Positions 1 to 9,350 of a stretch of 64,000 bases of DNA are shown in pieces (positions within the stretch are counted from its first letter, which is position 1; each line of letters begins with the position of its first letter). The stretch is from positions 64,001 to 128,000 of the forward strand of contig CAZVGK010000002.1 of NCBI GenBank assembly GCA_964626665.1, given 5' to 3'. Source of the stretch: an uncultured Gemmatimonadota bacterium (GTDB lineage: Bacteria > SM23-81 > DAOVCL01). The position numbers and the translations under genes were made by a program. Below the pieces are notes generated by a model. It searched no databases and was not told where the DNA came from. It worked only from the letters and a program-made list of their open reading frames with translations.

Positions 1-285
1 GCCACACTGGGCTCTGAAGTGAAGTCCGTCTTTGCCGGTCAGGTCCTCTACGAGGGGTGGCTAAGGGGTTATGGGAGGTTCCTGATCATCGGCCACGGCT
101 GGGGCTACTACACCCTCTATGCCCACCTCTCCCAGACCCTGGTGGTTAAGGGGGAAAGGGTGAAAGAGGGGGAACCGGTGGCCCTTTTGGGGGAGACGGG
201 TTCGCTCTCTGGCCCGCAGCTTCATTTTGAGGTGAGAAAAGGAAAGAAAAGACTGGATCCGTTGCAATGGTTAAGAAAGAGGTAG
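1..285 (+). CDS. M23 family peptidase domain (EnvC/NlpD-like), 5'-truncated by the window edge
   Basis: Open frame from base 1; motifs GYGRFLIIGHG, TLYAHL and GPQLHFEVR are typical of the M23 C-terminal domain. Confidence 0.85.
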   Translation, partial: ATLGSEVKSVFAGQVLYEGWLRGYGRFLIIGHGWGYYTLYAHLSQTLVVKGERVKEGEPVALLGETGSLSGPQLHFEVRKGKKRLDPLQWLRKR

Positions 286-1382
286 AGGAACCTTTCCCTC
301 AGGTTATCGGCCAGAAAAGGCCAAAGCTCATCCTCTGGAGGGCACTAAAAAGGGAAAGGTTGGCCCATTCCTATCTTTTCTATGGTGGGTGGGGTGTGGG
401 AAAGGATACCCTGGCCCTGGAGCTGGCCAAGGCGGTGAACTGCCAGGGGGAGAAAAGGCCCTGTGGGATCTGTCAGAGCTGTAATTGGGTAGCCAAGAAC
501 AGTCATCCTGACCTTATCTTCCTCCAACCTCTTCCCAAGAACCTTCCCCCTGAGGAGGTGGGGAGGTTGGCCCAGAAAAGGATCCAGAACCCATACAGTG
601 AGGAGGAAATGGAAGGTTCTCTCTCTATCTCCATCAATGCCATAAGGGCGATGGAGAAGTGGGCAACTCAGAAACCTTTTATGGGGAGGAGAAGGGTGGT
701 GATCATCTCCCACTGTGATAGGTTAACTACCCCCGCGGCCAATGCCTTGCTCAAATCACTGGAAGAACCCCCGCCCTACCTCCTCTATCTCCTCACCACC
801 TCTCACCCTCCAGCCCTTCCCCTGACCATCAGATCCAGGTGTCAACTTGTCAGGTTGGGGAAGCTCTCCACATCGGAGATAGATTCGGCTTTAAGAGGAA
901 GGCTCTCCCTTTCCCCCTCTCAGGCTAAGCTTCTCTCCCACTTAGCGGAGGGAAGCCTGGGTAAAGCCCTGCGACTGCACCAGGAGGGATGGCAAAAGTT
1001 AAGGAGGGAGGCCTTCTCTCTCTTAGAGGAGGCCCTCTGGGGGGAACCTCTCATGGTTGTGAACTCCATTGAGAGCAGGTTTAAAGGGAAGGAAAGGATG
1101 AAAGCCAGGGAGGTACTGGAGGTTCTTTTCTCCTGGTATAGGGATCTCCTCCTCATCTCCCAGGGGAGGGAGGAGCTTGTTACCAATGAAGATCAGATGG
1201 AGAGGTTACGGAAGGAGTCGGGGAAGGTTTCCCTGACCAAGATAGAGGGGTCTTTGGCCAAGTTAAGGGAAGCTCAGACTGCCATTAGGTTCAACGCCAA
1301 CCTGAGGCTTGGGTTGCTCATTACCTTTCTTGGTCTGAGGAGGATAGTCAGAGATGAGGGAGATATTTCAGATAGGCTTTAG
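267..1382 (+). CDS. holB: DNA polymerase III subunit delta'
   Basis: HSYLFYGGWGVGK, zinc motif CGICQSC, HPD, AANALLKSLEEPP, TIRSRC; upstream of PSP1 and metG. Confidence 0.93.
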   Translation: MVKKEVEEPFPQVIGQKRPKLILWRALKRERLAHSYLFYGGWGVGKDTLALELAKAVNCQGEKRPCGICQSCNWVAKNSHPDLIFLQPLPKNLPPEEVGRLAQKRIQNPYSEEEMEGSLSISINAIRAMEKWATQKPFMGRRRVVIISHCDRLTTPAANALLKSLEEPPPYLLYLLTTSHPPALPLTIRSRCQLVRLGKLSTSEIDSALRGRLSLSPSQAKLLSHLAEGSLGKALRLHQEGWQKLRREAFSLLEEALWGEPLMVVNSIESRFKGKERMKAREVLEVLFSWYRDLLLISQGREELVTNEDQMERLRKESGKVSLTKIEGSLAKLREAQTAIRFNANLRLGLLITFLGLRRIVRDEGDISDRL

Positions 1383-2175
1383 GGGCTGGAGGAAAGGGTA
1401 TTTCCTTAATTCCAAGTCCCTACAGCTACAGATAGGAGATTGGGTGCTGGTCAGTGCGGGGAAGGGAGAGGATATGGGGAAGGTAATCAAGAAGGCCTCT
1501 GTCAGGGACGGTTTCTCCCCTTCCCAGGAGATCCTGAGGAAGGCAACCGCAGAGGATATGGAGAGAATGGAAGAGAACAGGGAGAAGGAAAGGGAAGCCA
1601 GGGGAATCTGCCAAGCGCGGATCGAGGAGAGAAATCTCCCGATGAAGCTTGTCGATGTGGAATATCAGTTCGATGGGAACAAGCTGATTTTCTACTTCAT
1701 CTCCGAGGAGAGGATTGACTTCCGGGGGCTGGTCAGAGAGCTGGCCTCTGTCTACAAGACCAGGATAGAAATGAAGCAGATAGGGGTTAGGGATCAAGCA
1801 AAGAGGATGGGGGGCTATGGGATCTGTGGCCGTCCCCTTTGTTGTGCTACCTTCTTAGAGGATTTTGAACCCATAACAACCCAGTTGGCCAAAGGACAAA
1901 ATCTTACCCTTATCCCTTCCAAGATATCCGGGGTTTGTGGGAGGCTTATGTGTTGTCTTCTCTTCGAGCGGAAACTCTACGAAGAGGAACTGAAGAAATA
2001 TCCCCGTATCGGAGCCAAACTGCATACGGAAAAGGGGCCAGGCGTGGTGGAAAAGGTGGACATATTCAGCGAGAAGGTAACGATTGCCCACACAGATGGG
2101 ATAATCGAGGAGTTACCCCTTTCTGAGCTGCGTAAGCCAGCGAGGAAGGGCCGAAGCTTTTTCAGAAGAAGGTAG
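1354..2175 (+). CDS. ricT: PSP1 C-terminal domain protein (YaaT/RicT family)
   Basis: RIDFRGLVRELA, RIEMKQIGVRD, GICGRPLCC, KISGVCGRLMCCL; conserved holB-PSP1-metG order. Confidence 0.9.
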   Translation: MREIFQIGFRGWRKGYFLNSKSLQLQIGDWVLVSAGKGEDMGKVIKKASVRDGFSPSQEILRKATAEDMERMEENREKEREARGICQARIEERNLPMKLVDVEYQFDGNKLIFYFISEERIDFRGLVRELASVYKTRIEMKQIGVRDQAKRMGGYGICGRPLCCATFLEDFEPITTQLAKGQNLTLIPSKISGVCGRLMCCLLFERKLYEEELKKYPRIGAKLHTEKGPGVVEKVDIFSEKVTIAHTDGIIEELPLSELRKPARKGRSFFRRR

Positions 2176-2187
2176 GTAAATAAGAAC

Positions 2188-2395
2188 CAGCAAGCGGTTG
2201 TCGGTATTCAGTATTCAGGAATCAGCGATCAGTATTCGGGGGTCAGTTTACAGGAGGCAGGAAGAATTTTTGACGACTGACAACTGATAGCTGTCGACTA
2301 ACAACTGACTACTGACAGCCGACTACTGTTTGTAGGCTGACTGCTGATTTCTGACAACTGGTGACCGACTACTGTCTACTGCCTGCTGTAAACTG
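2188..2395. repeat. Inverted pair of 7-nt-periodic tandem arrays
   Basis: CAG/CGG every 7 nt from 2188 to 2258 (11 units), then CTG/CCG-like triplets every 7 nt at 2277-2326 and 2337-2393. Confidence 0.85.
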
Positions 2396-2415
2396 TATAA
2401 ATCAACGGAGGTTTT

Positions 2416-4281
2416 ATGGCCCGTTACATAACCACTCCTTTGTATTATGTTAACGCTGAACCCCATATTGGTCATGCCTATACAACTGTATTGGCCGATG
2501 TCTTAGCCCGCTACGGGAGAATGGGCAAGGGGGAGACCTTCTTCCTCACCGGCACTGATGAACATGGACAAAAGCTTGCCGATGCGGCAGAGAGAAAAGG
2601 GTTATCCCCATTGAAGTTTTGCGACCAGATGGTCGAGAGGTTCCAGGATCTCTGGAGGCTTTTGGGTATTGAATATGACGATTTCATCAGGACCACAGAG
2701 GGAAGACATGAGAGGGTAGTAAAAGCGATCCTGACCGACCTCTACCAAGGGGGGGAGATCTACAAAGGACAATATAACGGCTGGTATTGTGTGCCTGATG
2801 AGAGGTTCTGGACTGAAAAGGACCTCATTGATGGACGCTGCCCTGACTGTGGCCGGGAGGTGATTAGGCTGACTGAGACCAACTATTTCTTCCGGATGTC
2901 CGCATATCAGGATTGGCTGGTAAAATATATTGAGACACACCCGGACTTTATCCTTCCTCTTAGCCGGAGGAATGAGGTGTTGGGGTTTTTAAGGAAACCC
3001 TTAGGGGACCTCTGCATCTCCCGACCTAAGTCCAGGCTCAATTGGGGGATAGAGCTCCCCTTTGATCCAGATTATGTCTGTTATGTCTGGTTCGATGCCC
3101 TCCTCAATTACATCTCCGCCCCGGGGTATCTCTTCGCGCCAAAAAGGTTCGATGGGCTCTGGCCGGCCACCTATCAGCTCATTGGCAAGGATATTCTTAC
3201 TACCCATGCCGTCTATTGGCCCATAATGCTCAAGGCCATTGGCCTTCAGCCTCCCCAGACCATCATCGCCCATGGCTGGTGGCTTGTAGGGGAGAAAAAG
3301 ATGTCCAAGTCGCGGGGAAATGTGATCAACCCAGCGGAATTGGCCAAAACCTATGGGGTTAATGGCTTTCGCTACTTCCTGATGAGAGAGATGACCTTGG
3401 GACAGGATGCCGGCTTTAGTGAGGAGGCCTTGGTGAGGAGGTTAAACAGCGATCTGGCCAATGACTTGGGAAATTTGGAGAGCAGGCTCTTAAAGATGGT
3501 CACGGGCTGGTGGGAGGGAAGAATCCCTCCGCCGAAGGACTATCAAAAGGAGGATGAGGAGCTCAAGAGGTTGGCCTGCGAGGTAGCCGGGAAGGTAAGG
3601 AATTTAGTGGGTAAACTCAAGATCGATGGGGCCATTGAGGAGACATTTAGGCTGATTAGGGCCACCAACAGGTATTTGGAGGTCACCTCCCCCTGGAGGC
3701 TGCAGAAGGAAGGAAAGAGGGAACGGTTGAGAACTGTCCTCTATATGGGCTGTGAGGCCCTCCGGATAGTCTCCTTTCTCCTGAGTCCGGTTATGCCGGA
3801 GAGCTGTAGAAAGATCCAAGAGAGGTTGGGAATGGATGAAGTGCCACCCTCCTGGGATGATGCCCAAAGATGGGGGCTCCTCTCCCCTGAGAGCAGGGTG
3901 AAGCGGGGGGAACCCCTCTTCCCGCGCATAAAATATACGGAGAAAAGGGAGGAGGAAGAGATAGTCAGTTGGGAGGAATTTAACAGGCTTGATCTACGCA
4001 CGGCTGAGGTAGTAGAGGCAGAAAGGGTAGCGGGGACGGACAAGCTGCTCAAGCTGAAGATAGACCTGGGCGGTGAACCAAGGCAGATAGTTGCAGGGAT
4101 TGCTCATCGCTACCCACCCGAGAACCTGATCGGCAAGCAGATAGTGGTGGTGGCTAACCTCCAACCAGCAGTGATCAGGGGGGTGCAATCCCGCGGGATG
4201 TTGCTGGCTGCGGTTTCCGGAAAGGACCTCGTCCTCATCAGGCCAGATGGGAAGATCCCCGCGGGAGCACGGGTAAAATAA
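2416..4281 (+). CDS. metG: Methionine--tRNA ligase with C-terminal tRNA-binding (OB) domain
   Basis: HIGH and KMSKS motifs, YVWFDAL, C-terminal LDLRTAEV...NLQPAVIRGVQSRGMLL. Confidence 0.97.
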   Translation: MARYITTPLYYVNAEPHIGHAYTTVLADVLARYGRMGKGETFFLTGTDEHGQKLADAAERKGLSPLKFCDQMVERFQDLWRLLGIEYDDFIRTTEGRHERVVKAILTDLYQGGEIYKGQYNGWYCVPDERFWTEKDLIDGRCPDCGREVIRLTETNYFFRMSAYQDWLVKYIETHPDFILPLSRRNEVLGFLRKPLGDLCISRPKSRLNWGIELPFDPDYVCYVWFDALLNYISAPGYLFAPKRFDGLWPATYQLIGKDILTTHAVYWPIMLKAIGLQPPQTIIAHGWWLVGEKKMSKSRGNVINPAELAKTYGVNGFRYFLMREMTLGQDAGFSEEALVRRLNSDLANDLGNLESRLLKMVTGWWEGRIPPPKDYQKEDEELKRLACEVAGKVRNLVGKLKIDGAIEETFRLIRATNRYLEVTSPWRLQKEGKRERLRTVLYMGCEALRIVSFLLSPVMPESCRKIQERLGMDEVPPSWDDAQRWGLLSPESRVKRGEPLFPRIKYTEKREEEEIVSWEEFNRLDLRTAEVVEAERVAGTDKLLKLKIDLGGEPRQIVAGIAHRYPPENLIGKQIVVVANLQPAVIRGVQSRGMLLAAVSGKDLVLIRPDGKIPAGARVK

Positions 4282-4339
4282 AGGAACAGGGTCATCCAGG
4301 TGCCCCCAAAATCTTGCTGAATAAAGGAGATATTATCCT

Positions 4340-6208
4340 ATGTTAAAGTGGCTAATTGTGTTCACATTCCTTCTACCGGCTCCATCCACAGAGGCTCAGG
4401 CCGGGGAGATAGGGGAGAACTTCCATTTGGGCCTTAGGGAGACATTGAAGTGCATCAAGCTCACTCCAGGGGACATCTATCTGAGAAATGACTACTTGGA
4501 GTCGGACTCCTTTAGACTGGATATAGTCGAAGATCTTCTCAACCATCCCCTAAGAGTTGCCCCTTGGCTTGATTCCCTAAACAGCGCATTAAGCCAGGGG
4601 AGCTTCAGCCAAAGGCTCGAAACTGCGGAGAGGATCTTGGATCTGAGTCCGGAAAGCCCTTTGGTTGATACCACTGGGTTGGGATTATACCTGCGAGGGG
4701 TCAGTTTTTTTTCTCTTAACCCAGGTTTGCGGACAGCCATAAGCTACCTCTTGACTGGGATAAGGGAGGCCAACCTCCTAATGGGAGAGGCTTTCTCCCC
4801 ACTCAGCCCGGAGGAGAGGGATTCTCTCTTTAGGGAGGGACCAGAGGTTCTCAGGGAGGGAACATTTGATCCTCAGAAGCCCATTGAGGTTACCGAGAAG
4901 GAGAAGGAAGAGGAGGAGAAAAGGGGTAAGAGGGTCCTGGGATTGGCCCAAAGGGTGAAAAGGGAAAAGATAATATCCGCTGGCCTGGCCCTTACCCGGG
5001 GTTTGGAACTTAGCCAAGGTTATCTTGCTGAGGAGGATGGCCTGGGGAGAGGATTGTTACTCGATCTTATGACTCCTTGGGGTAGGTTGTTAATGGGAGG
5101 AGTTGGCCCCAACGAATATCGCCAATCAGATGTAGCGATGATTATCGACTTGGGCGGGGATGACCGCTATGACCACATCACCACCCCTGATGATGGATGG
5201 GCAACGGTTATTGTGGACCTTTCCGGTAATGATTCTTACTTGGGGGGTGAAGGGAGTTTTGGTAGTGGGCTCTTTGGGGTGGGACTGCTCTGGGATAGGG
5301 AAGGGGATGATACCTATATTGCCGGGAACTACTCCCTGGGGGCGGGTTTCTTTGGCTGTGGTCTCCTCTGGGATGAGGGGGGAGATGACAAATACATCTG
5401 CGATACAGCAGGCCAGGGGGCAGGGGCCTTTGGGGTGGGCATGCTCTGCGATGATGGGGGCAACGACGAATATAGATCTGCCCTCTTCTCGCAGGGTTTT
5501 GCCTTTGTGGGAGGGTTTGGTTGGCTCTCCGATCGGGGGGGGAATGATCTCTACTACTCCGGGGGAAAATATACCGATAGGTTGAGGTACTTTGACCACT
5601 ACCTTAGCCTCTCCCAGGGGTTTGCCTATGGTCTGCGACCCTATGCCTCCGGTGGGGTGGCCCTGCTCTACGATCAATCGGGAAACGACAGCTATATCTC
5701 AGATATCTTTGGACAGGGGTCAAGTTACTGGTATGCCCTCTCCGGCTTAATTGATGGGGAGGGGAACGACAACTACATCTCCTATCAGTATGCTCAGGGG
5801 GCGGCCACCCACCTTACCTTAGCCGCCTTAGTGGATAAGGCAGGCGATGACAACTACATCTCCCATGGGGTTTCCCAGGGATGTGGCCATGACCTCAGCT
5901 TTGGCCTCTTAGAGGATTGGCGGGGTGACGACAACTACGCCACTGGGGACCTCTCCCAGGGGGCGGGAAATGCCAATGGCATTGGTATCCTCTTTGACTT
6001 TGCTGGCGATGACAACTATCAGGTCCGTAAACAAGCTAACACCAATGGTTATGGTGATTTCAGGAGGGATTATGGTTCAATTGGGGTATTTATCGATCTC
6101 TCGGGTAAGGATAGCTATGCAGGCGGTTACCGGAACCGTTCCTTTTGGACGAAATCGAGGTATGGGGTGGGAGCAGATCTGGAAAGGCCTCTGAGGGAGG
6201 CCCGATGA
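4340..6208 (+). CDS. Secreted protein with about 12 DxxGxDxY glycine-rich repeats, function unknown
   Basis: N-terminal signal peptide; repeats DLGGDDRY, DLSGNDSY, DREGDDTY, DEGGDDKY, DDGGNDEY etc. Confidence 0.8.
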   Translation: MLKWLIVFTFLLPAPSTEAQAGEIGENFHLGLRETLKCIKLTPGDIYLRNDYLESDSFRLDIVEDLLNHPLRVAPWLDSLNSALSQGSFSQRLETAERILDLSPESPLVDTTGLGLYLRGVSFFSLNPGLRTAISYLLTGIREANLLMGEAFSPLSPEERDSLFREGPEVLREGTFDPQKPIEVTEKEKEEEEKRGKRVLGLAQRVKREKIISAGLALTRGLELSQGYLAEEDGLGRGLLLDLMTPWGRLLMGGVGPNEYRQSDVAMIIDLGGDDRYDHITTPDDGWATVIVDLSGNDSYLGGEGSFGSGLFGVGLLWDREGDDTYIAGNYSLGAGFFGCGLLWDEGGDDKYICDTAGQGAGAFGVGMLCDDGGNDEYRSALFSQGFAFVGGFGWLSDRGGNDLYYSGGKYTDRLRYFDHYLSLSQGFAYGLRPYASGGVALLYDQSGNDSYISDIFGQGSSYWYALSGLIDGEGNDNYISYQYAQGAATHLTLAALVDKAGDDNYISHGVSQGCGHDLSFGLLEDWRGDDNYATGDLSQGAGNANGIGILFDFAGDDNYQVRKQANTNGYGDFRRDYGSIGVFIDLSGKDSYAGGYRNRSFWTKSRYGVGADLERPLREAR

Positions 6209-7122
6209 AGAGATTGCTCTGGCTCGGCCTGGTTATTCCTCTCTTCGCTTCCCCTCTCTGGGCCCAGGGGAAATCGGTGGAGGAGCTCTTCCATGAGGCC
6301 TCTTCGGCGGAGCTACAGTATGCCCCCCTACGGAAGCCGGCGGAGGAGGAGTTGGTGCGCAGGGGAGAGGAAGCCATCCCCTACCTAGTGGGCAAGTTGG
6401 GAACAAGGGATGCCCGGGAGAGGCATGCCTTAGAGAGGGTCTTGCGGCGGATCAAGGGGCCGGCGGTGAAACCCCTAATCGAGGCTCTGAGGACCAATGA
6501 CCTCTATGCGCTTAGGTTGGGGGTAAGGATCTTGGGGCTAATTGGCGATGAGCGGGCCCTTTCCCCTCTGGTGAAGCTATCCTCCCATCCCGATTGGAAG
6601 GTAAGGTCTGTGGTGGCCTTTGCCTTGGGCAGAATTGGGAAGAAAAGGGCTACCTCGGTGCTTATCTCTGCCCTGCGGGATTCGGTGGATCTGGTGCGCA
6701 AATCCGCGGCAGTGGGCTTGGGAGAGTTGAATGATGAGCGGGCAATTTCCTCCCTCCTCAGGAGCCTATCCGATCCCTTTTATGCGGTGCGCAATGCGGC
6801 GGCCCAAGATTTAGCCAAGTTGGGGGGTTCTGTTCTGGATTCTCTCCTAACTATTCTCCAGGAGCCACCGGGAGAGGGGAGATATTTTGTAATTCAGGTC
6901 TTAGGGGAGATAGGCAACAAAAGGGCCCTTAAGCCCCTGGTCTCTCTCCTGCAGGCCAGGGATTGGGCTACCAGGGCCTTTGCCGCCCAGGCGATAGGGG
7001 GAATCGGGGGGGAAGGGGCCAGAAGGGCCCTTGGTTCAGCCAAAAAGGGAGAGAGACACCCCTATGTCCTCCTGCAGATAAGGAAGGGACTTAGTAGGTT
7101 GGAGAAGGGTGAAACCAAGTAA
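6205..7122 (+). CDS. Secreted HEAT-repeat protein
   Basis: Likely start is the ATG at 6205 (ATGA overlap with the upstream stop); signal peptide MKRLLWLGLVIPLF; repeated VRxxAAxALGxxG units. Confidence 0.85.
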   Translation: MKRLLWLGLVIPLFASPLWAQGKSVEELFHEASSAELQYAPLRKPAEEELVRRGEEAIPYLVGKLGTRDARERHALERVLRRIKGPAVKPLIEALRTNDLYALRLGVRILGLIGDERALSPLVKLSSHPDWKVRSVVAFALGRIGKKRATSVLISALRDSVDLVRKSAAVGLGELNDERAISSLLRSLSDPFYAVRNAAAQDLAKLGGSVLDSLLTILQEPPGEGRYFVIQVLGEIGNKRALKPLVSLLQARDWATRAFAAQAIGGIGGEGARRALGSAKKGERHPYVLLQIRKGLSRLEKGETK

Positions 7123-7147
7123 AGCGAGTTCCCTCCAGAAATTTAGC

Positions 7148-7600
7148 ATTCAAAAGTGTGCTGTCAGGAGTTACCTCTTCGTCAGGAATCCCGTCGGAAC
7201 GGGGCTGACAGCTCTGGAAGAGTCTGGAAACCTTGTGGTGATCGGTCAGATCCCCTGATCTGAACGTTCCCCGAGCCGTCAGACCCCCGATTCTGACGGC
7301 AAAGAAGTAAGCAGCAGAAGAGGGCTTCTGCCACCTCAGGGGAACTCGGCTAAAGCCTGGAACTACCGATTCTATGGTCTTTGCAGTTGAGCCATTCATG
7401 AATTGCTCCTGCTCTTAGACATCTCGGAAATTCTAAAATTTCCGAGATGGTCATCAGGGGGTTTGGGGGAAAGGATGTGTTTTCCCCCAATGGGGTGACA
7501 GGATTTCGGTGTGAGCTGGCGGAGCACCGAAATCCGCCATAGGGGCGATAGCCCCTTGGAAGTTAGTGAACGAAGTGAACTGACTTAACTGGGAGGGAGC
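7148..7600. repeat. Intergenic mosaic of REP-like palindromes
   Basis: 7148-7220 is near-identical to 10389-10460; also CCGTCAGA.CCCCGATTCTGACGG, ATCTCGGAAAT..ATTTCCGAGAT and other hairpins. Confidence 0.75.
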
Positions 7601-8518
7601 CTGATAAGAAAACGACTTTATCTCATAAGCTTATTTTTTCTTTTCTTCCTCTTTTTCTGCACCCAAAGGGGGCAGGGAAAAATTCCCTTTACCCTAAGGG
7701 TGATCCCCTCCTACCCAAAGGTAGAGGAGATCATCAGGGGGAATTACCCCTCCCTTTCCTCTGCATTGGGGGTGGAGCTTGCTGGAACCTTGACTGTTTA
7801 TGTTGTCTCCAACCAAGCTCAGTTTGAGAAATTGGTGGGAGCTGGCTTCCCCGATTGGGGATTGGCCTGTGCTCTTCCCTCCAAGAGGGCCATTGTTCTG
7901 AGGGATCCGAGAACTACCAAGAAAGGGAAGAGGAGCTTAGAGGAGGTGGTTACCCACGAGTTCACCCACATTCTCCTTCATTGGAACCTTGATGGGGTCC
8001 ATATTCCCCGCTGGTTTGATGAGGGGCTGGCGATGAGCCAATCTCAGGAGTGGAGAATGGGGATGGACTTTACCCTGGCAAAGGCTAAGCTTACCGGCTC
8101 CCTTTTGCCCTTGCGAGATATTGACCGGGTGAATACCTTTTGGTGGCAGAAAGCTGATCTGGCCTATGCGGAGAGCTTCTCTGCACTACTTTGGCTGGAA
8201 AAGAGCTTTGGCCCCACCGCGGTGCCTGAGATAGTTAAGGGGTTAAGAGATGGTTATTCAATGAATGGGGCTATGTGGAGGGCCACTGGCCTGGGGTTGA
8301 GGGACTGTGAGAACCTGTGGCTCCAATGGGTGAGGAGGAGATACAACCTATTGGCCCTTTTTGCCGATACATCCCTTCTCTGGTTGGGGTTGACTATCCT
8401 CTTCGTTGTGGCTTTCCTCATCAAGAGATGGAGGCAGAGGGCCATTCTCAAGAGATGGAAAAGGGAGGAGGCTTTTCTCTCCCCTTCAAATGATAAGGGA
8501 AATAAGGTATCTCCTTGA
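7601..8518 (+). CDS. Peptidase MA-family zinc metalloprotease with C-terminal membrane anchor
   Basis: HExxH (THEFTH) and IPRWFDEGLA; frame is open upstream of GTG 7700 to a CTG at 7601 with GGAGG, adding a signal-peptide-like leader. Confidence 0.8.
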   Translation: MIRKRLYLISLFFLFFLFFCTQRGQGKIPFTLRVIPSYPKVEEIIRGNYPSLSSALGVELAGTLTVYVVSNQAQFEKLVGAGFPDWGLACALPSKRAIVLRDPRTTKKGKRSLEEVVTHEFTHILLHWNLDGVHIPRWFDEGLAMSQSQEWRMGMDFTLAKAKLTGSLLPLRDIDRVNTFWWQKADLAYAESFSALLWLEKSFGPTAVPEIVKGLRDGYSMNGAMWRATGLGLRDCENLWLQWVRRRYNLLALFADTSLLWLGLTILFVVAFLIKRWRQRAILKRWKREEAFLSPSNDKGNKVSP

Positions 8519-9350
8519 ATACCTGCTCCTGAGGGCCGTAGAGAGGGTCAGTCAGGTCCTTTCCTGGAGGAGTTGCCAGAGATTGGGGGAACGCGTTGGG
8601 AAGTTTGCCTTTGACCTCTTAGGTTTCAGAAGGAGGGTTACCCTCATCAATCTCAGGTTAGCCTTTCCTCAGATGGGCAGAGGAGAGCTTATCTCCTTAG
8701 GCAGAAGAAGCTATCAGAACCTAGGACGCACATTCTTTGACCTCTTAAAGCCTTTCCCTCCTCACCTCCTAAGGAGAATTAATTTTGAGGGTTTGGAGAA
8801 CCTTGACCGAGCCTTGCAGCAGGGGAAAGGGGGGATAATCTTAGGTGGACATTTTGGCCGGTGGGAGCTTTCCATGGCCGCTTTGGCCCAAAAAGGTTAC
8901 CCCTTGGATGTTGTGGCCAAGGAGCAACACAACCAACTGGTTGATAGGTTGGTGAATGGGTATCGGATGAGGTCCGGTGTGGCGGTGATCAGGGCGAAAG
9001 GAGGAGCCTGGAAGGTGATTGGTGCTTTGAGGAAAAACAGGTTGGTGGGTATTTTGGCCGATCAGGATGCAGGAAGGGATGGCCTGGTGGTTAATTTTTT
9101 CTCCCAACCGGCCTCCTTTAGCTCTGGCCCGGCCTTTATCGCCGAGAAGAGCGGCTCCCCTCTAATTATGACCTTTATTATTCGGGAAGGGAAGGGAGAG
9201 AGGATGATCATTACTCGCCCTCTCCCTCCTGGAGGAAAGAAGGAGAGAACCCAAGCCTATGCCACGGCCTTAGAGGGGTTCATCAGGAGCCATCCTGACC
9301 ACTGGTTCTGGCCCCACAAGAGATGGAAGAGCACAGTTGGTCTTTATTAA
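8490..9350 (+). CDS. lpxL: Lipid A biosynthesis acyltransferase (LpxL/HtrB family)
   Basis: GHFGRWE, ILADQD, HPDHWFWPHKRWK; probable start is the ATG at 8490. Confidence 0.85.
   Translation: MIREIRYLLEYLLLRAVERVSQVLSWRSCQRLGERVGKFAFDLLGFRRRVTLINLRLAFPQMGRGELISLGRRSYQNLGRTFFDLLKPFPPHLLRRINFEGLENLDRALQQGKGGIILGGHFGRWELSMAALAQKGYPLDVVAKEQHNQLVDRLVNGYRMRSGVAVIRAKGGAWKVIGALRKNRLVGILADQDAGRDGLVVNFFSQPASFSSGPAFIAEKSGSPLIMTFIIREGKGERMIITRPLPPGGKKERTQAYATALEGFIRSHPDHWFWPHKRWKSTVGLY

Noticed and set aside
7091-7399. ORFs over intergenic mosaics (also 10403-10702, 14268-14498, 18551-19080, 42527-42796, 49817-50295)
   Set aside because: They translate palindromic repeats and lack recognisable protein motifs
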